Of a stretch of 64,000 nt of DNA, positions 12,728 through 25,915 are shown piece by piece (the stretch's first letter is position 1; every line of letters begins with the position of its first letter). A model generated the notes under the pieces. That model did no database searches. It had not been told where the DNA came from and worked only from the letters and a program-made list of their open reading frames with translations. The stretch is from Anthoceros angustus (taxonomy: Eukaryota > Plantae > Anthocerotophyta). Where the stretch lies: the NCBI GenBank assembly GCA_010909165.1, contig MU008218.1:124001-188000 (forward strand). Direction: 5' to 3'. The position numbers were made by a program, and so were the translations under genes.

Positions 12728-12998
12728 CAAAGGCCGGCTCGTTTCTGCTCCCATCAAACCTATGACCCGGCCCGGTTTCAACTAACCGTGATGTACATAT
12801 GTACATACATACATAGGCTCTCCCCATCTCTCCTCCCATGAGCGAAATGCCGTCCTTTTAGTGGAGTAAAATAGATTCTTCTTCTTCTCCCTCAATAAAG
12901 TGGTTAGCCTTATGTATGTACATATGTATGTACCTGCTTACATACTTACTGTACTTACGCTTTGGAGGTTAGCTTGGGAAGTGGCGACGTCGATTGCG

Positions 12999-14893
12999 AT
13001 GGACAAGGTCGGGGGCAAAAGCTGGCAAGATCTGCTACGCGTGGCAGCCTTTGCAACTTGCATCAAGCTGCTGCTGGTGCCCAGCTACCGCAGCACGGAC
13101 TTTGAGGTGCACCGGCATTGGCTTGCCATCACCCACTCTCTCCCTTTGAGAAAGTGGTACAGCGATGAAAGCAGCGAGTGGACGCTGGATTACCCTCCCT
13201 TCTTTGCCTGGTTCGAGAAACTCCTGTCTGTCTTCGGGCGGCTGGTGGACTCTAAGATGGTCGACCTTTCAGAGGGTTTGAATTATGCCACTGATGAAGT
13301 GATTCTTTTTCAGAGGATCACAGTGATGGCAGCTGATGTGGTTTTGTATTACGGTGTTTGGAAATGTACTCGGTTTCTTTCCGATCGGGAGAGAGCTCTG
13401 GCCTATGTGGCAGTGGTGCTGTCCCCAGGGCTCTTGATGGTGGATCATATCCACTTTCAGTATAATGGGTTCCTGTTGGGAATCCTGCTCACCTCGGTAG
13501 GGTTCTTGACGGAGGGCAATGATCTGGCCGGGGCCATTTCATTTGCTGTACTGGTTTGCTTCAAGCATCTCTTTGCAGTGGCTGGACCAGTGTATTTTGT
13601 GTACCTTCTCAGGCACTACTGCAGGGGAAGAGATAAGGTGCCAAGGTTCTTCACTCTGGGAGCAGCGGTATTGGCTGTGGTGGGAGCTGCTTTTGGGCCT
13701 TTTGCCTATCACGGACAGGTACAGGATCCTGGCTTTCTGTTCCTTGGCTCTGACTCGAAAATCAGTTATTAGCGGCGGGTCTGTAAATTGGAGACCTGAC
13801 TTTGGCTGATTATTTGCTGAATCTGAGGCTGTAGGATTTTCCGTGTGTTTTGTGTATGCATTTGCCTCAACCCGACAGATTGCTCAAGTACTCAAAAGGC
13901 TCTTCCCTTTTGGCAGAGGACTATGTCATGCTTACTGGGCTCCTAACTTCTGGGCTCTATACAACATGACAGACAAAGTGCTGGGTATTGCATTTCGTAA
14001 ACTGGGGTTTCGTGTGCACAGTGCAACGGCAGGCTTGACAGGCGGGTTGGTCGGCGATTACTCAGCTTATGCTGTACTACCACAGGTTCTCATCATCCTT
14101 TGTTATGCATGTCAATTCTTGTCTGTAGCAACCTGCTCCGGACTGCGCAGCTCAGGTGCCAACTTTTTGTGCAGGTGACTCCAGCCATGACCTTGAGCCT
14201 GGTTCTTCTTGCAATGCTGCCTTGCTTGATCAGGATTTGGAGGCATCCTGTCGAAACAGAAGTTGTTAGGTGGATCACCTATGCGTATAGCTGTGGTTTC
14301 ATATTCGGCTGGCATGTGCATGAAAAGGCATCCCTTCACATAGTTATACCTTTCAGCCTGATGGCTGTGAGGTCCGCCAGATCTGCAGAGTCTTTCATCT
14401 TTCTATCCACAGGTACGCCCTTCTCCTTTCACTGGGAAGACTGCAATTCTTCATGAGGATAAACGAAGGTGCCGTTTCTTTTGCTGCAGTATCGTACTAC
14501 TCCCTTTTCCCTCTCCTCTTTGAAGCAAAGGAGTATCCTATCAAAATACTGCTTCTGGTTTTGCATACCTGGATCATCTGGCTTGGCTTCTCCAGCCACT
14601 TCTCAACATTTTCAAGTCCACATGGTGCCGACGTAAAAGACCGTGAAGCAGACGCTTCCAAACAACCACAGCGGAGCTTGGTTGACCCGCAAGCCAGCAA
14701 GCTTGTGGGAACTTGTCAACGTGCGTACCTTCTTGGCTTAATTGCTATTGAATGTTACAGCCAAGTGCTGCATCAGTTGCTGTTCAGAGAAAGATTGCCC
14801 TTCCTCCCTCTGATGCTCATTTCTGTGTACTGTAGCTTAGGCCTACTTTATTCTTGGGCAGAGCAGCTCTATAGTATAGTCCGATATCCGTAG
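12999..14893 (+). CDS. ALG8: ALG8 dolichyl-P-Glc alpha-1,3-glucosyltransferase, 4 exons
   Basis: YRSTDFEVHRHWLAIT, WTLDYPPFFAWFE, DHIHFQYNG, RLFPFGRGLCHAYWAPNFWALY, FGWHVHEKA. Exons 12999-13718, 13879-14085, 14175-14412, 14490-14893. Confidence 0.93.
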
Positions 14894-14973
14894 TGCAAAT
14901 GTTGATATATGTTATTTATAATACTAAGAAATGAATAGTTATTTTTTCTCGAATGGATATATTGACTACGGTA

Positions 14974-15107
14974 CTATTTTACATTGAGTTTGAACCTCCT
15001 TCCACCAAACATGCAGCTTGCCCAACAACCTCTCAAAAGGCTATTTTACATTGAGTTTGAACCTCCTTCCACCAAACATGCAGCTTGCCCAACAACCTCT
15101 CAAAAGG
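14974..15107. repeat. Perfect 67 bp tandem duplication
   Basis: 14974-15040 equals 15041-15107. Confidence 0.9.
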
Positions 15108-15582
15108 AAACGGAGGTCCGGCTCTTAAAAAAGTAGGGAGCAACCTTACTTTTAACGGACGGAGCTCCGTTTTTGTCACCGATCCGGCTTTCCCGTAAAG
15201 TCTGACATATTGCCTGTTTATGCGGGATATATCTCGGGTGCATGGAACCACCGGTCCATCTTGTTCCTAGCTTCCGTGTGTTGGACGGTATTCCTGAAGT
15301 TGTCTAATGTGTTCAACATGGATCCCTTGTCCCTTGGCATGTTATCAACGCAAGTTGCAATTATTCCAAGTATTCCATCACAACAAAGTTTTAACTTTGC
15401 CAGCCGTTCCTAAGCTTCGGATCACTTATGCTCCGACCTCCGCTTACGAGGACATCTACGTCAACCACCTTCACAATGGCATCTGGCCTCCCCGCCCCTC
15501 CCTCATTGAACTCAAGATTTCGCGGTGTTGCATTTTATAGGAATTGTTCCCACGGGTGTTTAATGTTGCACAGTCTTCGCAT

Positions 15583-15813
15583 CATACTTCTCGTGTACAT
15601 TTAGGTTCTTCACTATTCTCTACATGTTCTTCAATTTGGAGAGGGCATTTTCCATGACTACTCGTCCAGAAGAAAACCAAGAGTTAACCCTAGAAGACCA
15701 TACTTCTCGTGTACATTTAGGTTCTTCACTATTCTCTACATGTTCTTCAATTTGGAGAGGGCATTTTCCATGACTACTCGTCCAGAAGAAAACCAAGAGT
15801 TAACCCTAGAAGA
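15583..15813. repeat. Perfect ~115 bp tandem duplication
   Basis: 15583-15697 equals 15699-15813. Confidence 0.9.
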
Positions 15814-17759
15814 ATGTCAGGGGTTTTTTTGCAATTTTTCTGCTCAAATATTTATTGTATTTTTTTGGTAATTTTTACATTTTTTTGTCAATATCATAAT
15901 TACAAATTTTCCATTTCCTTCAAAATGATGTATGCCACTTACAATTCTGATGGGTATACATTCTTGCATCAAAATCCATGTAATTTTCCCATATCCTCAT
16001 TTCTTGGTTTTCGGGTAGAATCGTGTGTTGTTTGGGATGCTATAGTCTATGCTTCCTTGAACAAACATTTCATGGAAACCTAGTACTTGTCCTTTAGGCA
16101 CGTGCTAAAGAACGGAGTCAAAAAGTCATGTTTCGTTGCTAAAGAATTTTCACGGAGGTCAACGACCTTGCAACGACCCCGGTCATGGTTACATGAAAAC
16201 TGCATTCCACATATGCACCCACGTGAACACACGCAAAATCGCAAACTGCGTGCCGCGATGGTCAAATTGGAGTGAGGTAGGGGAGCGCTCGGTTACTGGT
16301 TACCGCGCATAACATGGTTTTGGGTTAAAAGCATTTATTGGGATCTTCGAGGTAGAAGTTGGAGTTCGGGGTATTTTTTTTAAAACTTTTTGGAAACATG
16401 ATATTTCAGAACCAGGCCGCCTGAATATATGCTCAAGGTTAGTAAGCTCAAAATATGGGTAAAAATAAATGTATGGATTGATATGTATCATGAAAGACTC
16501 GTTTTGAGTAGATTCGTCATTATGGACCTAAACGTTCTTTGCTCTGCAGTAACAGGAATTTTGAAGCCCTTTATGAGATCTCAATGGATATGCATAGTCA
16601 CCAATGTTACATGGTAGTATTGAAATTCCTTCGACTTCAATCACTGCCCTGCAAATATCCGTGTGGTCACACAAGCCGCAACCATAAGCTACTTCCCCCA
16701 AGAATACTCACGTCATTTGAACCTCCTGCACTATTAGAACATATATTTATAAACATCTTCTTGTTGTCAAATTCAACTTGCACTATCATGCAATGTAGAT
16801 CGTATCGTTTGCAATGCCCTGTTAGAATTAGAAATGCCTGCTTATGTTGCACTTTATGTTAAGATTTGGACCCCTAGATGTAACACTCACGTTGCAAACA
16901 CTTTTTGGGCCCCTTGTTACACTTTGGCTTGGAAACCAGACTAGCGCTTTTGTTGCAATCATGTTGCAAGGGTGTTGCAATTATGTTGAGATGAAGTGAG
17001 AGGTGCTTTTGTCCTCTCTCAAGATTGCAACAAGATTGCAACATATAAAGTGTTACAAGAAAAGTCTTGTAACACTTTTCTAGGCTTCGTACCGAACCTC
17101 CTCCCCATCTACCATTCTCTTTGTACTTTTGCCCTATGGAATACTAAGTTTTACATAGTCGTTACTACTAATACGCCTATCAATACCACTACACATAAAT
17201 GCCCATATCAATACATTCTTCGTATTATATGCATATCATTTACGGTGACATATATGATATCGTATTTTCAATAATATATGTTCATATTATATTTTGTATG
17301 TAATAAATATGTATGTCATACGAGTTATGTACGTATGCTGGTTTGTACATGTTCATTATATGGTACTTTGTATTTACCATTTGTGCAAATCTCTATCCAG
17401 TGCCTCCCAAAAAGTCACATCTTAAAATTTGGGGCATAAAGATGCGTCACCCGCTATTACGTGTCCCCCCACGGCCACGAACTGTCGACTTCCCCTGGCT
17501 CTTTTTTTAACGCACATGAATGTTCCCCCCTTAGTCCTCCTTCCCTCTCTCTCCCCCTAGACAACTGACTCATGTCCATTACGCGCCTTTTTGCCCCTAC
17601 TTCGACCATGGCTGTTGTTGGCTGCTCCACTCCTGTCCTCCCTCTGCCACCCACCTCTTCCACTCCCTTGCGTTGTTTTCACTGTCCGCACTCAACACAT
17701 GTTTGTCACTTAGAACCCTGCCCTACTAGCATCGCTTTCTCAATTGTCACATCACAGTC

Positions 17760-18420
17760 TGGTTACGCATCAAATAAAATTTTGAGGTAGGAAATCACAG
17801 CTGTACATGTACATGAGACCCCGTCATTCTTCGATCGCCTTCCCTAACTTCACCTCGTAGTGGGAAATCATAAGCAATGCTTGTAGGAGAGGGGGTGTAA
17901 TTATGAGGGTGAGGTGGTAGGCGAGAGAGCCCTTTTATATAGGTTGCCCTTTCTAGTAGGGATGATAGACGACTAGAGTGAAAGTGCTCAGCTAGTTTGG
18001 TCTCAAACATGATGGGAGATTTAGTATTGCACCCACAATGTTAGGCAATAAGATCCACTCTTCAAATATTGTTAATATGTCAACTTAATGAGCTGATGAT
18101 ATAGCCACAAATGCAGAATATAATTGAAGGGTCACTTGGGATGGAAACAATAAATTAAGTCTACTCAACAATTGTGACATTACCAACACCATATTTCGAC
18201 ACAATATGTAGTGTGCGAGAGTGTCTAGATCTCTGTCTAACCACTTTTCACATCGTATTCGTAATTTAGGTGAAGTTCGTATCAAGAAAGGTTGCAATTG
18301 TTGAACCAAGACTATGAAAGTTGAATATGACTTTCGGTATTCTATATGTCAACTCTCATATCGTCTTTCAGGACCCTCCAAGTGTCAAACTCGAATGTGC
18401 AGTTCTTCCCATAGTCTTGT
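17760..18420 (-). mobile_element. Degraded PIF/Harbinger-like transposase remnant
   Basis: Frameshifted pieces STFIVLVQQLQPFLIRTSPKLRIRCEK, KYGVGNVTI and LPNIVGAI resemble the Harbinger FRM..TF..L / FG.G.STV / P..VGAIDGTH motifs. Set in AT-rich DNA. Confidence 0.45.
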
Positions 18421-19519
18421 GGAAAATGGAGTCTACGAGAATCCAGTACTCCATCTTTTACGTTGAAGCAAAAGCACACATCCCGTCTACGCCCAAACTC
18501 AACAAGAAGTTTACCTACAGTATTCGTCGTCTTAAGTTCTATAAGCACAAACCCCATTTTCGGGCACCTCACTCTTCTCGCCATAATGAAAATATACCTC
18601 ATGTGGACTCATTTGTGGGATGCCATTTCAGTCGTTTATGTCGGTAGGTATGAAACTCTCATCATTGTTTATCGAATTAAATCCAGATATACATACAAAA
18701 GTGAAGCAAAGCAAATTAGGAATATCATATACATGGCGAAAAATGAACGGAAGCAAACTAGAAATGTCATATACCTTAAAAGATGCATTGTTTTATCCAC
18801 TCGACAGAGAAAGGGAATGTCATTTACTGATGTCATTAATAATGGTGGGGAGAACTGTCAACCTTTTTTCTTCATCCATCTTGATTACATTCAAAAACTT
18901 GAGATTTTTATGCTCCAATTATTTGGGAGTTGAATTGTCTGAATGAAAGCTTAATTCATAGGTCTTCATTCAACTTGTCTAAGTGAATTCCTCCTATCTT
19001 TACATGTAACCCGAAGCTCAAAAAAATGAACTTGGCCGACATTTATTTCATACAGCTTTGCTTTGAACAAAAAAAAACATGTATTTGTACCTTAGAAGTA
19101 ACAACCATGCACACGAATTTGAAATAGAAAACTCAAATTACCTGCTATTTGCAGTTTGAAAGACTTTGAACTTCAACGCTTCCGATAACTATCTTGATGC
19201 TTGCCACAACTCTAAGTGGCAACATGAGTGTGCTCGCTGTAGGAAGCGGATACTTTCGACTACACTTTGGACCAGGTGTATGGGTAGCTTAAAAATTGGA
19301 GGTTGCCCATGCAAATTATATGGTAGTTAATTAAACATATGACATTATATGTTTTTAGAGTTAGCTTAATAAATAAATTCGAGGTAGTTAAAAGAACCTT
19401 TTTTCAGATACATTTACTTGTCCCTGCTTGATGCAATACATCATGTCTTACCACGTTGTTGTGTGTCTCGCTTATGCATATAAAAAACTTAACCTGATAT
19501 ATCACAATCAAGATATAGC

Positions 19520-19810
19520 ACGACCAGGATTAGCACAAACATGTTCTTTTGTATTTCGCAACATTGTCGACAGTGAATAACACTTGCCTTGTTTTGCTGG
19601 AGGCTACAAAAGTTAGTCCAAATCCAAAAGGCAGCCAAGAGTATGCACCTGCAAAAAAAGTCATATTGAGAAGTACATACACAGGTAGGTATAGCACAAC
19701 CATGTTCTGGTATATTTTGCCAACATTGTCGACGGTGAATAACACTTGCCTTGTTTTGCAGGTGGCTACAAAAGTTAGCCCAAATCCAGAAGGCAGCCAA
19801 GAGTAAGCAC
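19520..19810. repeat. ~175 bp tandem repeat, resumed after the retroelement at 20969-21040
   Basis: The unit CAACATTGTCGAC.GTGAATAACACTTGCCTTGTTTTGC...GGCAGCCAAGAGTA occurs twice. Its continuation GCAC.TGC.AAAAAAAGTCATATT...CACAGGTAGGTATA reappears at ~20980. Confidence 0.75.
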
Positions 19811-20968
19811 CGCTCATTTCTTAATCCGGAATGTTCCCATCTTGGAGGCCTTCGTCTCGGGCGTTGAGGAGGGGGCCTTCCCTTTGCAGGCTTCCCTTAA
19901 GTTGGCCAAGGACTCCCTTCCCTCCGAGGCTAGGGAGGCCATGCCTCCCTTTTCTCGTTTTCCGCGGAAGAGCTACGGGGCTTTCAGGCCTCTCTCCAGG
20001 AGAAGCAATACGGGCAGGCGCAGCGGGCAATCCTTCTAGACTCTACTGTTCCCTGGCCTGTTTGTGCTCGCATCCGCTCTCGCTCGAGGAAGAAAGTAGG
20101 CTCCTGGCTTCTCGCTGGGCTTTGCATCCAGGTGTTTCGAATCGCACTAGCTTCTTTTTCTTCTGCGATGAGGTCCCGCCTGGGTTTGGTCCAGCCTCTA
20201 GCCTGTTCTCTCTCATCCTGCTGCAACTGTGGGGCCCCCCTCGACGACTCGGGGTCCCACCTGGCTGGCTGTCCCATTAGAGGGCAACGTATCGCTACGC
20301 TGACGCCGTTCGCGACGTCATGTTCTCGATGGCGAAGGAGAGCAATTATTTTCCATACAGGGAGCGCAATGAGGTGTCGCTGAAGGCGGATCTATTTCTG
20401 ATCCAGGGGAACTAAATCTCTGTTGCGGTTGTCGTCGTAACGGACCCTACCCGGAACTCCATTTATGAGCATGTAATTATCAACCCTCCGAGCTGGGCGG
20501 CGGAGGGATGCGCGACTGCCAAGGTATACAAGTACACATGCAGAACAGCCACGCCTTCATTCCCCTTGCCATTGAGACTCACGTGGGCTATGGGCAAGGA
20601 TTTTTCCTGGCTCATTAAGGATTGTGCTAAAGCCTACCATAGTCTTCGGAACAGGGTGGGTCTCCCTCTTTCCTCGGTGGTGGCTTTCTTTCGACAGCGG
20701 GTATCCATCGCTGTGTAGAGCGCGCTGACCAACGCCATTTATAGAACGACAACGAGCGCAGGAGACGTGGCGTCATCGGCACTAGTTGTAGGTAGGCCTT
20801 TCCTCATCTCGGACCACGACATAATCGGGGCAGTAGATAGCTTTGGGGTTGGCATTCGAGGGGACTAGCCCCCCTGGCTCTTAGCCCTTTAGTGAATTGT
20901 CCCCCCTCGGTTCGGGGTAGATGGGTTTTCCCATTCTCTTCTTTCTAATAAAGTCTCCATTGTCTTCT
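19811..20968 (+). mobile_element. 5'-truncated CRE-like non-LTR retrotransposon with zinc knuckle and restriction-like endonuclease remnant
   Basis: FRIAL...RSRLGL..CCNCGAPLDDSGSHLAGC...QRIAT (CCHC), KADLFL, VVVTDP, FFRQRVSIAV, AATAAA at 20947. Flanked by GCCAAGAG(T/A)AAGCAC at 19796-19810 and 20969-20983. Confidence 0.65.
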
Positions 20969-21235
20969 GCCAAGAGAAAGCACATGCGAAAAAAAGTCAT
21001 ATTAGTGGTACATATATACACAGGTAGGTATAAGTGTATGTACATACATGTGCGGGTGCATACAAGCATCGGGTCGAAGGATCACCCAAGTTTGAGTCAC
21101 TTTGATTTTCTCTACTCTGGTAGTATGTCGTTGCACGTTTGCACATTTGCACGTCGAAGCTGCAAGCTACATACATATGTATGTACCTATCTATGTCAAA
21201 GCAGCCATTAAAAGGCAGACTGATTTGAGGCATTC

Positions 21236-22818
21236 ATGGCGGCCTTGTTCCGAGGTTGCTCCGCGCTGCTACTCCGCTTTCCTTCTGTTCCGTCATCAAC
21301 AACTTGGGATGCTTGCTATCCCACCGCTGGTCGGGCTCCCCGCCGAAGCTATTGTAAACTCGTGACGCCGTCAGTTTGGGAGTGGGGGGAATTGAGCAAG
21401 AGGTGGCAGGGCCATGCATTGCCTTGGAGCAGAATAGTGCAGGCGCGAAGTAGACCTAGGGGCAGGCTGATTGCCACTGCTGTGGCTGCGGAGGAAAGGA
21501 GGCGCTACCCTCAAAATGAAGACCTCGCTCCGGTGCTTCCCAAGAGGAAGAAGAAGCCGTATTTGTATGGTGATAAGCCGCAGAGGCGCAAGAATAAAGG
21601 CAGGATGATGGCGATGCTGAAGAAAATGGCTCCAAACAACGGTCTTCTGGTGAAGAATCTCATCCCCGTTGCACACGATGTGATGATGGCTAGAGCTACT
21701 GTCGTGGAAGGTGTCACCAGGCTTCTCACGGTTCATTCTGTCAAGGCTTGCAGGTATTTAGAGTGGAAAGTGGAGCAGTTGTTCTGTGAAGGACTGGTTG
21801 TGAAGGATTCCGATTTGGCAGTATCTTAGAAAGCGTCTAACCTGGTCTCTTCAGGTTCTGTCCAGAGGTTCATGTTGGACCAATTGGACATCTGATCAAA
21901 GACTGTCAAGGCATCAAAGCCAGCCGCAGAAGCGGGCAGCATGAGTGGTGTGCGGGGGAGGTTTCGGATGTCATTGCTCCTGTGGAGTCCTATCACATGT
22001 TGGACAGGTTAGGTCGGCCGGTGTCGCATGACGAAAGGTTCGATGTGGAAAGGATTCCTGCAGTTGTGGAACTTTGCATCCAAGCTGGAGTTGAGCTGCC
22101 AGGGTATCCGACCGTCAGGAGGACGCAACCTGTCCGCAGCACCGAGAGGTACCGGATGTTCGCACCTCCTCCACCCGAGTGGACCGACGAGGTTATCGGA
22201 CAGTCACCTTTACGGGTATCAGAAAGCTCCTCACCATCGGGGGATGACGATGCGCATTGGGAGGAGGATGATTCTGGAAGCGACAATTCAGACGAAGAGG
22301 ACCCCGAAGGCATGCGAGATCAAGTGGCAGAAGACCATGCTGAAGACACCCATTCCAGCTTTCTCTCTTGGACTGAAGCAGACTACATTGCCGACGAGGA
22401 CGACCTCCGCACAATAGCAAACAAGACTCTCAGAGCTTGGGAGAAGATGAGGACAGGATGCCAGAGACTGATGTCCAGGTACCGTGTGCGAGCATGTGGG
22501 TACTGCCCCGAAGTCCAGGTCGGACCACGGGGCCACAAAGCAAGAAACTGCGGTGCCTTCAAGCATCAGTGGAGAAACGGGCAGCATGGATGGCAAGCAG
22601 CTAGCCTGGACGAGCTCATCCCCCCTAAGTATGTGTGGCATGTAGTGGACATGAAAAATCCACTCCTCACCAATCACTACCGCAAGTTCTATGGACAGAC
22701 TCCAGCTGTGGTGGAACTCTGTGCACAAGCTGGAGCAGAGATTCCCGACGAGTACAAGCCCAAGCTCCGGCTTGATGTCGTGATTCCTGACTTGGAGGAG
22801 ATGGACCTGGTGGTTTAA
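21236..22818 (+). CDS. APO: APO-domain (accumulation of photosystem one) RNA-binding/splicing protein, 2 exons
   Basis: Two APO zinc motifs: ACR/FCPEVHVGPIGH and ACGYCPEVQVGPRGHKARNC. Also WQAASLDELIPP and FYGQTPAVVELCAQAG. Intron 21754-21854. Confidence 0.88.
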
Positions 22819-23508
22819 GGGGAGGTAGTATGCAGTTTTTAGTTTCGAGTAAATGGACTTAACAATGTTAGATATCGGACGCCAAGGAAAATGTCGTAGG
22901 AATCATCGGTGACGTCGGGATTTAGGTGCAGTATTCCTGGTTGTATGCCGGAACTTAACGGAAGAGCTTTGAGGCCTGAAATTGTTAATTCAAAAGATAA
23001 CATCGGGCAACTGTCGGTTTCCATTTGGACTGCATGCCAAGCGATCACCTCTACGCAGCAGGTGAGGGTTGAAGTGGGAACTGGTGATAGCAGGTGGTTT
23101 GTATCCGTCCAGGCTCGAGTGGCGGGCCCACGGACCCACGGACGACACGAAGCTGGCTAACGGGCTCACTCTTTCGCTTTGCGCGTTGCATCTCGCAACG
23201 GGTTTCGGGTTTTCCCGTCTCTTTCCCCTTGAGCTCGGCAGCCTGCCTGTTGGGGAAGGCGGGAAGAAGGAGCACGCGGGAGCGTTGCCATCGCTGGCGG
23301 CAAATCCAGAGGTGCGGGGGCAGAGACATTACGTGCATGCGAGGGAGGAGGCCGAGGCGGGGCGAGCAGTGGAGTGGAGCGTGCTGTGCTAGGGGGCGGT
23401 TTTAGTGGGGACTTTGAATCGGAGGCGGTAGTATTTTGAGATCTGCGTCGCAGCTGGATCCAGGTCGGGAGGGTTTGTGTCAGGTTGATCTGGTGCTGAG
23501 GTGCAGCC

Positions 23509-25915
23509 ATGGGGAGTCGATACGACAGCAATCCCTTCGACGAAGATGAAGTGAACCCGTTTTCTGTGAGTGATGAGCTTAGGGCATTTCGTTTGGGACA
23601 CGGGAGTGCGTGGAGTGTGTTGAGTGACGGTGAGGATATGTTTATTGGCAGGATCCGGTTGTGCGAGCACAGGCTGCGGGGAAGAGCAACCCGCCCGCAT
23701 ATGGCGGACCTTTTTTCGAGGTCAGCTGGTCTCAGCTGATCGTCATGGAGTAGGAGGGAGTGGTATTTTCGTGGTTGGCCTGTGAGTTAAGGGATTCCCT
23801 GTGACAGGCGGTTCTTTCTGTGACAGCAATCCAGGCTCGCGCCTCTGCCGCCAGAACCAGCGTCTGTGAAGGATGTCAACATCGATATACCTCTGGGAGG
23901 AAAAGTAAGCAATTTCGACGAGGTGTGGTTTTTCTTGCCTTAGCTGGAGAAGTCCGTTCTGAATGCCGGGTTTTCTTTTTGTTTTGAAGGGACAGGATAT
24001 TAGACAGAAAGAACGAGAGCTGAAGGTCTGGGAGGACCAATTGAAAAAAAGGGAACAGGTTGGTGACTGCCCTGAACCAGTATGCTCGTACAAGCATTTA
24101 GTGTTTGGTCGCAAATTTGTTTGTTGATCAGCAGCTTGTTGTCTTAGCGGATACTCTTGCGTTCATGCATTGGCTTTCGTTAAGAGGCGTAGGGTGAAGG
24201 CGGGTAGATTGGTGGATCAGTTTCTGAAAAGTGAACTGCGACGAGTCGAGTGACGTATGAGTGGCATCTTTATGCATGTACTAGCTATGGATTAACTTTG
24301 TGCAGGGGTGTGGGAATTGGGATTGATTCGATTCTGTTTGTTTTGTTATCCAGGACATCAAGCGCAGAGAGGATGCGGCTGCAAAAGGTAATTTGCAGCG
24401 GCTTGGTAGTGGTCTGTTCTGTGCGGCGTTCTGATGCCCGTTTGGGTCCATATTGACTTTCCTTTTGTGCAGCTGGTATCCTTCTCGAGGCGAAGAACTG
24501 GCCTCCAGTCGTGTCAATCATCCATCATGACATTGCTGCAGATATACCTGTTCATCTGCAAGGAGTTATGAAGGTGGCGTTTGCCAGCTGGCTTGGTGAG
24601 TATTACTTTTTAGCTCAAGACGCTCTATGTAAGTTGGGTAACCCGATTGACAAGTTGACTGCCTTGCTTGCAGTTCCTTTTTAGGTCCAACGTTGTGGGC
24701 TTGCTCTGGTAACCAGAACTCAGGTTTCTGAACGGATGGTTATGGGCCGGTATCATGCTTATGTCATGGAAATCTTGGATCTGTTTCAGGAATTATGTTG
24801 GCGCTTTTCTGGAATTTTATAGCCCTGTCGGCAGCATGGATTGATAAAGGAGTCTGTAAGCATGGCCCAACTTACTCCAGTTGTTCTCTGGATGTTTTCT
24901 GACGGATGGTAGAATGTTTTGGCTACTGACTTGCCCTATTTTTGGCAGCTGTGGGAGCCTGGTTTCTGGCGCTGATCTACCTCTTGTCGGGCCTGCCGGG
25001 CTCATACATTTTGTGGTACCGGCCTCTATACCGTGCTATGAGGTTAGTGATCTGTGATGTCTGAGTGACTCAGTATTAGAAGAATCCCACTTGGAGGGAA
25101 TCCTTGGATATCATCTGACTGAAGTACTTTTGTTGGCAGAACCGAGAGTGCTCTGAGGTTTGGTTGGTTCTTCTTGTTCTATCTGGTGAGTGGAGCAATC
25201 ATCTTGTGGCAGTGGACCTCCCTCCCTTTGCGCTAGTACTCATAGGTCGCCAGCTTGTTTTCCATGGAGGAGCTGTAAAAACTGCTGACATTCCTTTCTG
25301 TCTCAGATCCACATCTTATTCTGCATGTATGCCGCTGTTGCTCCTCCACTTATATTCAAAGGAAAATCGCTAACGTAAGTGCACATCTTTCTAAGTCCTG
25401 CCTTCTGCAAACGCTTGTGTGATTTCTTTGTCGCTTCTGGAGATGTGTCAAGCGTAAACAGAAGAGAAATGTTGTTCTTGCAGGGGTGTGTTCCCAGCTA
25501 TTGACCTCCTCAGTAAAAAGCATCACACCGTTGTTGGGGTAAGTGCGATGTATACTTGCTGTAGATGCAATATGTAGGACCTCAAGGGTGAGGCTCAGGG
25601 GTGAAATGGTGATCCGCTTTGCTCAAGACTTCATATCGTGTTTGTCTGTGTGTCCATCCAGATATTCTACGCAGTAGGAATTATTCTCTTCAGTCTGGAG
25701 TGCATCGTCAGCCTTTATGTCCTCAAGGTAAGTTCCTCTTGCATCCTCAATCTCGGCTCTTTTCTGTCCTTCAGCATAAGAAAACTGAGACGTGGGGTGC
25801 TCTTCAATCCTTGCAGCAAGTTTACAACTACTTCAGGGGCTCAGGAAAGGCGGCGGAGCTGAAGCGACAAGCCGCGCAGGGTGCTGCGCAGAATGCCATC
25901 AGGGCAGCTATCTGA
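23509..25915 (+). CDS. SCAMP: Secretory carrier membrane protein (SCAMP), multi-exon
   Basis: N-terminal NPF repeats ([15 protein letters not shown]), [19 protein letters not shown], and C-terminus [21 protein letters not shown]. Confidence 0.88.
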
